Shown here: positions 49,785 through 61,832 of the stretch, one piece after another
Layout of the letters: every line of letters starts with the position of its first letter
Numbering within the stretch: position 1 is the first letter of the stretch
Program-made: the position numbers and the translations under genes
NCBI GenBank assembly: GCA_038087875.1
Contig: CM075992.1
Coordinates: forward strand, 374,001-438,000
Origin: Malacoraja senta
Lineage: Eukaryota
Length of the DNA stretch: 64,000 nt
Direction: 5' to 3'
The notes under the pieces: model-generated
The model's database searches: none
Seen by the model: only the letters and a program-made list of their open reading frames with translations
What the model was told of the DNA's origin: nothing

Positions 49785-51030
49785 CGTAACGCCAACATCG
49801 TCACACTGCACAAGGACAAGAGATCACAGCGAGTGCACCAACTACAGGGTCATGGACATCACACTTCTGAATATTACAGGAAAGGCCTTTGCCAGAGTGA
49901 TCCTGCAAAGACAGCACAGACTCGCTGACCTGAGGCACAATGCGGTTTCCATGGAGATAGATCCACAATGGACATGATCTTCTCCCTGCGTCAAATCCAA
50001 GAAAAATGTCAACAGCAGCGACCCCCATTGTTCATCGCCTTTGTGGATTTTACGAAAGCTTTCAATTCTGTCAGCAGACATGGCCTCTACCAGGTACTGG
50101 AGAAGATTAGATGTCCACCACGTCTTCTAAACCTCAGTTGGTCCTTCCATGAGAACATGCATCTACAGGGGAAATTGATGAAGCTACATCGGACAGTTTC
50201 CCCATGAGAAGTGGAGTGAAGCAAGGCTGTGTCCCAACTCCCATGTTGTTCGGCATCTTCCGATCTGCCCGTCTGTCCTTTGACTTCCCAACAGGCACGG
50301 AAGACGTGTATCTTCAAACCAGAAGTGATGGGATGCTCTTCAATGTGGCAATGTTGAAACCCAAGACAAAGATGAGAACTGTGCTTATAAGGGAACTCCA
50401 GCTCACTGATGATGCTGCACTCAGTTCCCCAAAAGAAGAAGACTTTGGGGGCTGATGGACAGACTGTCTCGTGCTTGCACCAAAGACCAACTGGCAATCA
50501 GCGTTAAGATGACTGTTGTCATGGGTCAGGACACTCCACTCCCCTCTGAAATCACCAAAAAAAACACTCCGCTGGAAAATGTCTTAAATTCATCCATCTA
50601 GGGTCTACGGTGACTGACAGCCACTCTCTGGATGAGGAAACTAATTCATGAACAGTAAACCACCTTCCTCTACAGCACCCACCTTCGGGAGACTAAGCAA
50701 GTGGACATGGAAGAACAGGAAACTCACAATGAAGACCAAGGTAACTGTCTACAACACGTGAGTGTTGAACACGTTACTGTACAGCAGTGAAGTTTGGACT
50801 TCCCCACATCAAGAACGGTAAATGTCGATGTCACATCCTGGGAGATTCTCGGTTGGACAAAACCACCTTTGAATCAGTCCTCTGCCTGACCGACATGCCC
50901 AGCATCCCTGCGACCCTCAAACAGCAGTGTCTCCGCTGGCTTGGACATGTCCACAGGATGAGAAATGGACGTATCCCCAGAGATGTACTGTACGGGGAGG
51001 TCACCAATGCGCGGTGGTCGAGGCCAATAC
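49785..51030 (+). mobile_element. RTE-clade LINE RT fragment (inverted partner of 1300-2230 and 190-320)
   Basis: DMIFSLRQIQEKC, AFVDFTKAFNSVSR, GVKQGCVPTP, LRWLGHVHRMRNGRIPRDVLYGE. Confidence 0.85.
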
Positions 51031-51659
51031 CAGAGTGGCATTTCAGTGACTTTTGCAATGTGTGTGGGTACGGAGGGACATGGAACTTGTGCTGGCGAGT
51101 CAGAGTTGGTTTTGCCATTATGTTTGGCATATTCTTTAATTATTTGTTGCTGCATCTTAACTGGTCTGTAAATTCAACAACACACTGATGAAGTGTTCAG
51201 TATTATTAATTAAATGCTACTGTAGAACATTGTCCACAGTGCAACCAAAGACACAGTCCATAATATCTCGTAGTTGTGGTGAGTGTGTGGAATACACTGT
51301 GGGGTGGGGTGGTGGTTGAGGCAGGCACAATAGTGGCATCTCAGTGACTTTTGGATACATATATGGATACACAGGGAATAGAGGAATATGGAATTTGTGC
51401 AGTTGGTCTGGGCATTATGTTTAGCACAAACATTGTGGGCCGAAGGGCCTGTCCTTTTACTGTTCTGTTATAATTATTTAATTGTCATATGTACAGGCAA
51501 CAGGCAATTTAAAGTATTTCTTGCTGTAGATTAACAAACCTGTAATTGCAACATCACAAAAATGCATTAATCAAAATGTCAGTAAATTAATCATCTTGAT
51601 ATCAATGTAAAAATTGTCTGAAAAGCAACTTAAGCCTCAGTCTGTAGTTCTTCATTGTT

Positions 51660-52040
51660 CATAGTTGTGGTTAGTGTTGGGTAATGTTTAAGAGCCTGAT
51701 GGTTGCTGGGAAGAAGCTGTTCCTGAACCAGGAGGTGATGTTTTTTAAGCTACAGTACATCGTTGCTGATGGTTGGACTGAAATATTGAGAGGGTGGTGT
51801 GGGTCTTTGACATTAGCTACCTTTCGGATGCAGCATCTCCTGTAGATCCCTTTGATAGTGGGGAGATCATTACCTGTGATGGACTGAGCAGTTTCTACCA
51901 CTCTGTATTCTTCCTCATTCCTGGGAGTTTGAGTTGCTGAACCAGGCTGCAGTGCAACCAGTCAGTGTGCTCTCTCCCATACAACTGTACAAGTTCAATA
52001 GAGTATTCATCAACATGCCGAATCTCCTCAATCTTCTGCC
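51660..52040 (-). mobile_element. Rex1/Babar-like LINE 3' ORF fragment
   Basis: KDPHHP, FRNSFFPATIRLLN. Confidence 0.65.
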
Positions 52041-52189
52041 AGTTTGTGCTGAGCTGGAGGCCTTGCTCAAGACTGACTCTGAGCCCCACCGCAGGGCCGT
52101 GGACTTACCCATCGGCTGGGATCGACACTCCAACCATGGATTTCAACATCAAGGAGCTCACAATCTCGGGTAGTGACTGATGTCGGGAA

Positions 52190-52428
52190 GGTCCAAGGTA
52201 GACAAAACTGCTGGAGAAACTCAGCGAGTGAGGCAGCATCTATGGAGCGAAGGAGTGGGTGACGTTTCGGGTCAAGACCCTTCAGTCTGATGTGGGTTGC
52301 GGGTGGCGGGAAGAAGAAAGGAAGTGGCGGAGACAGTGGTTTGAGGGAGAGCTGGGAAGGGGAGGGGAAAGAGGGAGAAAGCAAAGACTACCTGAAATTG
52401 GAGAAGTCAATGTTCATACCGCTGGGGT
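52190..52428 (-). mobile_element. Penelope-like element fragment (ORF C-terminus plus hammerhead-like 3' repeat)
   Basis: PSGMNIDFSNFR* resembles Penelope GIY-YIG C-termini, followed by CTGAAGGGTCTTGACCCGAAACGTC; related pieces at ~20255, ~24135, ~30295, ~58375 and ~61560. Confidence 0.6.
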
Positions 52429-53029
52429 CCAAAGTCGCAGTGGGTTCGACCAGCCCCAACCCGTGGTCTGATCGCCTGGCGCGGGGGAGCTGAGATCCCC
52501 CCCGATGCAGGAGCTTGATCGCCCCGATGCGGAAGGCCCGACCGCCAGCTACGGGAGCCAAGATCGCCCTGTCAACAGAAGTCTCGAGGCCCACGACCAC
52601 GGGAGAGCAAAGAAGAGAAGAGATTGAACTTTTTCCAGGGTGATCATCAGCCTCTGATTGACCAAAGGACAAGATCTGAAGAGATGGCCATGGACCAAGG
52701 GAAACATATAGAAGCTTCATCGCTCCTGACTCTTCTGTGTTCCTGAGGAGGATGTGGTGCTACTAGGAATAGACTGAGCTGCTTCTCCGCTGAACTGCCT
52801 TCCCGTGCCTGGTATGGGACAACGCTCGGGACTTCAGGTAAGACCTTTACTTGGGTTTCCTTCCTCTGCAATTCCCCACGAGATAGACCTTACAAACAGT
52901 TGTAGAACACTCACTGGCAGCATATTCATGGCTCCCGATCTCTCACTGTCTGAAGCAGCTCCCGTGCCACCAACAATGTAGACAGCTGTCGGTCTTCAAA
53001 CTCCTCTGCCACTTGTCATAAGTTCATTA

Positions 53030-54570
53030 GTCATAGGACCAAAATTAGGCCATTCAGCCCATTGTGTCTACTCCACCATTCAACCATGGCTGATCTATAT
53101 TTCCCTCAACCCCATTCTCCTGCCTTCTCCCCGTAACCTTTGACACCCTTACTAATCAAGAACCTGCCAATCTCCGCTTTAAAAATTCCCAATGACTTCG
53201 CCTCCGCTGCCGTCTGTGGCAAATACTTCCACAGATTCACCGCCCTCTGCCTAAAGAAATTCATGTTACATGAGCAGAATAAGGCCATTCAGCCCATCAA
53301 GTCTACTCTGCCATTCAATCAGGGCTGATCTATCGTTCCCTCTCAACCCCATTCTCCTGCCTTCGCCCCATAACCCGAACTAATAAAAAATCTGTCAATC
53401 TCCACCTTAAAAATATCCATTAACTTGGCCTCCATTTCCGTCTGTGGCAATTAATTCCACAGCTTCACCACCCTCTGACTAAAGAAATTTCTTCTCATCT
53501 TTCTAGAGGTACGTCCTTTTATTCTGAGGCTATGGCTTCTGGTCCAAGACTCTCCGACTGGTGGAAACATCCTCTCCACATCCACTTTTACTATTCGGTA
53601 AGTTTCAATGAGTTTCCCCCTCATCCTTCTAAACTCCAGCAAGTACAGGCCCAGTGCCGCCAAAAGCATCATATGTTAACCCAATCATTCCTGAGATCAT
53701 TCTCGTAAATGTTCTCTGGACCAACACATCCTTCCTGAGATTTGGTGCCCAAAACCTGCTCACAATATTCCAAATGTGGTCTGACCAGTGCCCTAGGAAC
53801 TCCTCAGCATTACATCCCTGCATTTGTATTCTGGCCCTCTCAAAATAACTGCCGGCTTTGCATTTGCCTTCCTTACCATCGATTCAACTTGCAAATTAAC
53901 TTTTTAGAAATTCTGCAGCAACACTCCCGAGTCCCTTTCTGAATTCTGAATTCTCCCCATTGAGAAAATAGTCTTTGCCTTTATTCCTACTACCAAAATG
54001 CATGACTACACATTTTGCTCTGCTGTATTCCAACTGCCACTTCTCAGCCCACTCTCTCAACATATAGTTACCTTCTGTTGTTTTTTTAAAAGCTTCCCAA
54101 TTCTCCAGCTACCCCACTAACCTTTGCAATGTTATATGCCTTCTCTTTAATTTTATTCCTCCATGTCTCCTTTCTAAAGGTACATCCTTTAATTCTGAAG
54201 CTGTGCCCTCTTGTCCTAGACTCTCTCTCACTAGTGGAAACATCCTCTCACATCCACCCTTTCCAGCCTTTCACTATTCAATGAGGGTCCCCCTCATCCT
54301 TCTAAACTCCAGCGAGTACAGGTCCAGAGCCGTCAAATATTCATCATATGTTAATCCAATCATTCTCATAAACCTCCTCTGCACCCTCTCTAATACCAGC
54401 GTATTCCTCTTCAGATATGGGTCCCAAAACTGCTCGCAATATTCCAAATGTGGTCTGACCAGTGCCTTATAAAGCCTCAGCATTACATCTCTTTTTATAT
54501 ATTTTAGAGTTACTCCAGCTTTTTGAGTTTATATTCCAGTTGTCTTGAAATGAATGCTAACATTGCATTT
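53030..54570 (-). mobile_element. Cluster of older CR1 3' fragments
   Basis: LYKALVRPHLEYCEQFW, FFSQRVVKLWN; duplicated 3' UTRs. Confidence 0.85.
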
Positions 54571-54592
54571 GCCTTGTTATTTGTACGTGCAG

Positions 54593-54872
54593 GATTGCTC
54601 AGTATTTGGAGAAACAATGGGCCTTTGGGATCTTCAGCGTTGCCCTGCCCTTCAAGTCCGTGGCTGATGATCTACCTCCAACATTTTGCTGCACAGTGCC
54701 AGAGGGAAAAATCGAGCAGAAGCCCATTGAAGCCTCGTCACTACGGACTGCAACCTGTTCCAAAGAGAGAGATCAGATGTCACCAGAAACCCACTGTAAC
54801 CACTCTGGACACAGCTCTTCCAGGGTGCAGGACGTTACTCAGTACATACCCTTCCAAAGGTTGACTATGTAG
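54593..54872 (+). CDS. Candidate terminal coding exon of an unidentified gene or pseudogene
   Basis: tgcag| acceptor, open frame IAQYLEKQWAFGIFSVALPFK...QRLTM*, no repeat family I recognise, AATAAA at ~55012 followed by a T/GT-rich tract. Confidence 0.35.
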
Positions 54873-55704
54873 ACAGCAAGACTTAACCTGCTGGGGTCAT
54901 GAGGACCAGTGTGTGTATTGTCCAACCAAGGAGTTGTTCTGAAGTCCCTTTCTTTTGCAGCAGGTGACTCAAATCCCACCCACTCTTTCAAAGGTCATTG
55001 TAAAAGCCACTAATAAAGAGCCGTGATCTTGTATATTGGTCTCTTTTTATTTTGTGTCTCTGGAATTCTTGACTCTCAATACATCTCACCAAAGCTAAGA
55101 AATCTTGTTATGGTGTAACTGGGGTGCAGGTGAATCCTGCCGAGGTGAAACAAGAATTTGGTTTTCTTTTGGGAGGGAGGGGGGGGGGGGGGAGATGGAG
55201 CATGAATTACAGTAAACCCTTGCTATAGCGAGCCACACTGGGCAGGCGGGGATGGGGGTAGGGGGGGGGAGGAGGGAGGTGGTGCCTGTTATTGCCAATG
55301 TTCTGCTACAACCAAATAAGGGGCTTAATATGTACAGAACTCTTGGAAAAAACAGCAAATATACAAACATACAATACACAACAAACAGTAAAGGGCACAA
55401 AATATACCATGCCTTGTGGTGGCACAGTGGTACTGTAGTAGAAGAATGTTTATCTATGATTGAAATTCTTGATTCTCTGCATTTCTTTGCAAAATGAGCT
55501 GTGAGTTGGCTCATCCTCTTCAGTCCCATTACGCCCCCCCCCCCCCGACTACCGTGTCCACTGAGTGCACCTCACACCCTGCCTCTGTCCAACAAAAGTT
55601 ATTTTAAGAACTGCAGAAAAGGGCTATGACCTTCGTTTTACAAAGAAATATCGTTAATCTACAATTTCTGCCTTTCCAGCCCAGTGTGTGGCAGGATTGA
55701 ATCT

Positions 55705-56400
55705 GAGGATAGACACTTTGTCCAGGACGTTTCGGAGTGGCTGTATGACAGCCTCAAGGGGGAGGGGGAGTCGCCAGAAGTCATCGTGCATATTGGCGCA
55801 AATGACATCGGTAGGAAAAGGGAGGAGGCCCTCAAATATGAGTATAGGGAGTTAGGTAAATATCTTACAAACAGGACCTCCAGCGTAGTGATCTCAGTAT
55901 TGTTTCCAGTGCCACGTGCTTGTGAGGGTAAGACCAGAAAGATAGGGGAGATGAACGTGTGGCTGAGGAATTGGTGCAGGGGGCTGGGATTTAGGTTTCT
56001 GGACCATTGGGATCTCTTCTGGGGAGGAGGCATTCAGTACAAGAGGGACGGGTTGCACCTTAACTAGACGGTAACCTATATCCTGACAGGCAGGTTCGCT
56101 AATGCTACACGGGTGGGTTTAAACTAGATTTTCAGTTGGTGGGATCTTATACAGGACAGGGAGGCAGGTGAGAGGTTAGAATTTGGTATGGTGATGAGAG
56201 AAAGTATAAAGGATAGAATAGGCAGGGAGCGAGGAAGGAATGGGGATTTAAATTAAACTTATTCTAATGCAAGAGGCTTGTCTGACTGGTAGGCAGATGA
56301 GCTTAGGGCGTGGATAGGTATGTGTGACTGACATTGTAGCCATTACAGAAACCTGGTTAAGATAGGGACAGGACTGGCAGTTCTATGTTCCAGGGTAAAT
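55705..56400 (+). mobile_element. CR1 ORF1 (SGNH esterase-like) end and degenerate ORF2 start
   Basis: VIVHIGANDIG, FRFLDHW, RDGLHLN; then NARGL and IVAITETWL remnants. Confidence 0.8.
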
Positions 56401-56997
56401 GCTAAAGTCATAAAGTGACAACATTTCAAAATCACTCTAAAGGAACTGAGAAAAAAAGAGGAATTAATGTAGGTTGAATGTTGGAACAAAATGAATATTT
56501 TTTAAACTCTTCTCGGTTGGTAAAATAATTGATTAAAGGATCTTTGCCTCAAGGCAGTGCTCTAGTTTTCAGATTTCAAACTCCATTTCATTGATACCTG
56601 GAGCAGCTGCCTCCATCAGCCGTGCATGGTACGGATGTGCATCCATCAACGCTCAGTGTGGGACTCTGGGGAGCAACATTAATCATAAATATACATTATT
56701 AAATATCATGGGTCTGCAGTCACATTTATCTAAATAGAAGTCATTCTGTGGAACAGAAATATTTTCCACAAATTTATTTGACAATTCATGAAAGCCTGCT
56801 GAGTTTATCGCGGCAAAACACAAATGTGCTGGAGGACCTCAGCAGATCAGGCAGCATCGATGGTGGGAATGGACAGGCAGTGTTACGGGATGGGATCCTT
56901 CACAATACTGCTTCATTTATCATTGGATCAGATGAGAGGAGGTACTGCCATTTTTAAAGCACATTGAAGTGGATAAGTCCACAGGGCTTAACCAAGT

Positions 56998-57290
56998 CGT
57001 GGTGGTACAGCGGTAAAGTTGCTGCCTTACAGTGCCAGAGACTACAGGTTCGATCCTGACTACGGGTGCTGTCTGTACCAAGTTTGTACGTTCTCCCCAT
57101 GGCCTGCGTGGATTTTCTCTGAGATCTTCGGTTTCCTCCCGCACTCCAAAGAGGTCCAGGATTGTAGGTTAATTGGCTTGGTAAAATTGTAAATTGTACC
57201 AAGTGTGTGTAGGATAGTGTAAATGTGCAGGGATTGCTAGTCAGAGCGGACTCGGTGGGCCGAAGGGCCTGTTTCCATACTGTATCTTTC
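56998..57290 (+). mobile_element. Full-length V-SINE (HE1-like)
   Basis: A box region, B box GGTTCGATCC, V-domain GTTTGTACGTTCTCCCC, CR1-like tail. Confidence 0.85.
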
Positions 57291-59464
57291 AATCGATCAG
57301 AATGTGAGAGCCAGTAGCCATAACAGGCCAGAAGGCACCATATTTCAGCTACATGGAGTTAACATAGAAACCACTAGGTAGATTTGAAAAGAGATAATTG
57401 GAGTTTGGTAATTACAATTTCTATTCACTGGTTTCCTTGTTGTCGCATGTACAGAGATAGTGTTGGATGGTTTTATGCAAATCAAAATTATAGGTTATAT
57501 TATAGACTCTAGTCACTTAAACATTGGCAAATGGAAAACAGCTGTACTAAAAAATCATTGAGTTCTGGCCAAGCTGAAATGTTTTTTTTTTAAATTAGCA
57601 AAACATTTCACAAATGGGCCAAACACCAGGTTGTTATAACATTACACAAGACACTGTGGGGCTGCAGTAAAAATAAATCTCTACCAAGGGGTTTGAACAG
57701 TGCTTTTGTAAATGAAACATGAAATTCCCAGCTTGGCTGTTATTATCATCAGTTACCAGCTTCACTGTTATCAACCTTTCTCTATTCAGCAGGTCCTTGT
57801 TGTTATTTGAACTCGTCTAAGTGCCTGGAATTTCAATGAGGTAAATAATGTCCTATTCCTCCCTTTTTAATTCGAGGCCACACATCCGCTCAGAAAATGT
57901 ATTTTTGTTTTCCGGCTGTAGATATTCAACAAAATCATGAGACTTTGATCAAAAAGCTCAGGTCAACTTGCCCTTCTGAAGAGGACTTGTGATGCTGAGT
58001 AACGCATGTTTACAGTGTTCCTCCATCTGCAGGCTGTGAGCAATTCTCACAAAATGATTCCATCTTCAATGAACCAAGCCTTCTAGCCCATTAAAACTTT
58101 AACATTCATGGTCTGTAAAGGTGTTCTCCACAATTGGAAGAGTAAAGTAATAAATGTTAGATCAGATGCAAATCTTGCGTTCCAGTATCTTGTCTGAATC
58201 CATGCTGCAACATCGAGGATACAGTGGTATATGGCAGACAAACTGCAACTGTAAATATTTCCATCATGTCAAATTCATACATCAGAGAAACAGGTCTTTG
58301 AGCCCAACAAACCCATTCCATCACGCCCAGTAACACCAATCCCATTTTATTCTGCCCACCTTCCCATAAACTTAGTCTCAAGAAGGGTCCCGACCCGAAA
58401 CATCACCTGTTCCTTTTCTCCAGAGATGCTGCCCGACCTGCTGAGTTACTCCAGCTTTTTGGGTCTTATCTTCCCATAAACTCACCTAGATTCAATAATT
58501 TACCTATACAGTGGTGTCAGTGACCAATAAACAGAAAACTTGAGCATTTTCATAGAATGTAGGAGGAAGCAGGAGCACCTGAAGGAAATTATAGCGTCAC
58601 GGGGTGAATATGCATATTCCACGCAGAGCCAGGGGTGAGAATTGAACCTGGGTCTCTGGACCTGAGAGGCAGCAGCTCTGATGGTGATGCCACTGTGCTG
58701 TGCACTGAGTAATAAGGATTGAAAGCTTATATTAAATCTAATAAAAACGCAGACACCGCTGTCTTGATTTGTGACCCAGAGGTTTTATTGTATAGTCACC
58801 GTCAGTAAATGAGGAAGTATGTAAACACTAGATGACTGATCTAATAAAAGATTTTAGATGGCAAGTATTTTCATTGTTAGTTAGGACTGCAGGGTTTTCA
58901 TCAATTTTCTCTGTCTCCTTCCTGGTACTGTCACAGAACATAATACAGTACGTCACAAGAAGAGGCCCTTCAGCCACGTCTGTGTTGAACATGATGCCAA
59001 GACCAACTCTTATCTGCCTGCATATAATCAATACCCCTCAATTCCTTGCCTATCCAAATGTCTCTTAAATGCTACTATTGTATCTGCCTCTACCACCACC
59101 CCGCAGCATGCTCCAGGCATCCACCAACCTCTGTGGAAAACCTTGCCTCCCGTCCCTTAAAGCTATGCCCTCTAAAATTTGACATTTCCATCCTGGGAAA
59201 AGGGTTATTTTTACATTATTATGCCTCTCATAATTTTATATAATTCTATCAGGTCTCCCTGCATCCTTTGACGTTCCAGAGAAAACAATTCAAGTCTGTC
59301 TAACATCTCCTTGGAGTCAATACATCCTAATCCAGGCATCATTCTCATTTAATCACATTAGCACTTGTTGAATATCTTTCACCTGCAATCCTGGACAGTG
59401 AATGCAGGCAGGTCATTTAATACTCCTGTTATTGTAAGATAACTCCTTCCTTATCCTGCCCACT

Positions 59465-59697
59465 GGGGTGGCAGAAGGCACAGTGGTAGAGTTGCTGCCT
59501 CACACGCCAGAGATCCAGGATCAGTCCTGACTACAGGTGCTGTCTGTGCAGTTTGTAAGTTCTCCCTGTGACCGCGTGTGTTTTCTCCAGGTGCTCCGGT
59601 TCCTCCCACACTCAAATGATTTACAGGTTTGTAGGTTAATTAGCTTCTGTAAAATTGTTTGTGGGTTATAGGAGAGTGTTAGTGTATGGGGTGATAT
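59465..59697 (+). mobile_element. V-SINE 5' part; remainder at ~61167-61225 after the CR1 insertion
   Basis: gtgtatggggtgat|...|atcgctggtcggcatggac reconstitutes the SINE. Confidence 0.75.
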
Positions 59698-59698
59698 A

Positions 59699-61167
59699 GG
59701 ATTGGAGGGTAGCAAACGTAACCCCACTTTTTAAGAAGGGAGGGAGAGAGAAAACGGGGAATTACAGACCAGTTAGTCTAACATCGGTAGTGGGGAAACT
59801 GCTAGAGTCAGTTATTAAAGATGGGATAGCAGCACATTTGGAAAGTGGTGAAATCATTGGACAAAGTCAGCATGGATTTACGAAAGGTAAATCGTGTCTG
59901 ACGAATCTTATAGAATTTTTCGAGGATGTAACTAGTAGAGTGGATAGGGGAGAACCAGTGGATGTGTTGTATTTGGACTTTCAGAAGGCTTTCGACAAGG
60001 TACCACATAAGAGATTAGGATACAAACTTAAATCACACGGTATTGGGGGTTCAGTATTGATGTGGATAGAGAACTGGCTGGCAAACAGGAAGCAAAGAGT
60101 AGGAGTAAACGGGTCCTTTTCACAATGGCAGCCAGTGACTAGTGGGGTACCGCAAGGCTCAGTGCTGGGACCCCAGCTATTTACAATTTATATTAATGAT
60201 CTGGACGAGGGAATTGAAAGCAACATCTCCAAGTTTGCGGATGACACTAAGCTGGGGGGCAGTGTTAGCTGTGAGGAGGATGCTAGGAGACTGCAAGGTG
60301 ACTTGGATAGGTTGGGTGAGTGGGCAAATGTTTGGCAGATGCAGTATAATGTGGATAAATGTGAGGTTATCCACTTTGGTAGCAAAAACGGGAAGGCAGA
60401 CTATTATCTAAATGGTGGCCGATTAGGAAATGGGGAGATGCAGCGAGACCTGGGTGTCATGGTACACCAGTCATTGAAAGTAGGCATGCAGGTGCAGCAG
60501 GCAGTGAAGAAAGCGAATGGTATGTTGGCCTTCATAGCAAGAGGATTTGAGTATAGGAGCAGGGAGGTCCTACTGCAGTTGTACAGGGTCTTGGTGAGAC
60601 CACACCTGGAGTATTGCGTACAGTTTTGGTCTCCAAATCTGAGGAAGGACATTATAGCCATAGAGGGAGTGCAGAGAAGGTTCACCAGACTGATTCCTGG
60701 GATGTCAGGACTTTCATATGAAGAAAGACTGGATAGACTTGGCTTATACTCGCTAGAATTTAGGAGATTGAGAGGGGATCTTATAGAAACGTACAAAATT
60801 CTTATGGGGTTGGACAGGCTAGATGCAGGAAGATTGTTCCCGATGTTGGGGAAGTCCAGGACAAGGGGTCACAGCTTAAGGATAAGGGGGAAATCCTTTA
60901 AGACCGAGATGAGGAAAAACTTTTTCACACAGAGAGTGGTGAATCTCTGGAACTCTCTGCCACAGAGGGTAGTTGAGGCCAGTTCATTGGCTATATTTAA
61001 GAGGGAATTAGATGTGGCCCTTGTGGCTAAAGGGGTCAGGGGGTATGGAGAGAAGGCAGGTACGGGATACTGAGTTGGATGATCAGCCATGATCGTATTG
61101 AATGGCGGTGCAGGCTCGAAGGGCCGAATGGCCTACTCCTGCACCTATTTTCTATGTATCTATGTAT
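59699..61167 (+). mobile_element. Young 5'-truncated CR1 LINE with an uninterrupted RT/C-terminal frame
   Basis: 427-aa ORF 59790-61073 with GVPQGSVLGPQLF and KFADDTK; intact 3' UTR and tail. Confidence 0.95.
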
Positions 61168-61832
61168 CGCTGGTCGGCATGGACTGGGTAGACCAAAGGA
61201 CCTGTTTTCACGCTGTATCTCTAAAGTAGTCTTATCCCTAGTTTAGTTTATTGTCATGTGTACCAAGGTACCGTGAAAAGCTTTGTGAAACAGTGAAAAG
61301 TTACCACAACTTTTTGCTTATTATAAGTTAATGAGTCATAGGAGCAGAATTAAGCCATTCAGCCCATCGAGTCTACTTTGACATTTACCCGTGGCTGTTC
61401 TATTTTTCTCCCTCAACCCCAATCTCTTGTCTTATCCCTGTAACTTACAGTGTCTAATTGCCTGTGATATGGAAGGGTTAGATGTGAAAACGACAGATCA
61501 AAGCAGATGAATCTTCTGAATTTGTAGTCGGCAGGGCAGTACTCTGCATATCGCAAACTTGCTAAGGAAATGTAAGAATGGTTCATTGTTGGCTATGGGG
61601 AAGGTGACAAGGTGGTATACAATCAGTAAAATGAATCAGGAAGACAGTGAAACTAGACAGAGAACTCGGGTGGGGCGGGACGGAGAGAGGGGGAAAGCAA
61701 TGGTTACTTGAAGTTAGAGAAATTGAAATGTTTAAGGCAGAGATTGATAGATCGTTAATTAGTGCGGGTGTCAGGGGTTATGGGGAGAAGGCAGGAGAAT
61801 GGGGTTAGGAGAGATAGATCAGTCATGATTGA

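Larger units (their letters stand above)
33667..51660. repeat. Right arm of large inverted segmental duplication
   Basis: Same mosaic of TE fragments and the same junctions as 1-19720, in opposite orientation. Confidence 0.85.

Noticed and set aside
52791..52793. Selenocysteine TGA in the candidate exon
   Set aside because: No recognisable selenoprotein motif or SECIS element; the exon itself is uncertain
56998..57075. tRNA gene
   Set aside because: The A/B boxes belong to the head of a V-SINE that is repeated throughout the window
57780..57850. Small + strand coding exon between a pyrimidine-rich AG and GAG|GTAAAT
   Set aside because: Stop codons in all three frames
59790..61073. Domesticated reverse transcriptase gene
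   Set aside because: 5'-truncated, no initiating ATG, retains the CR1 tail and has near-identical siblings, so it is simply a young insertion
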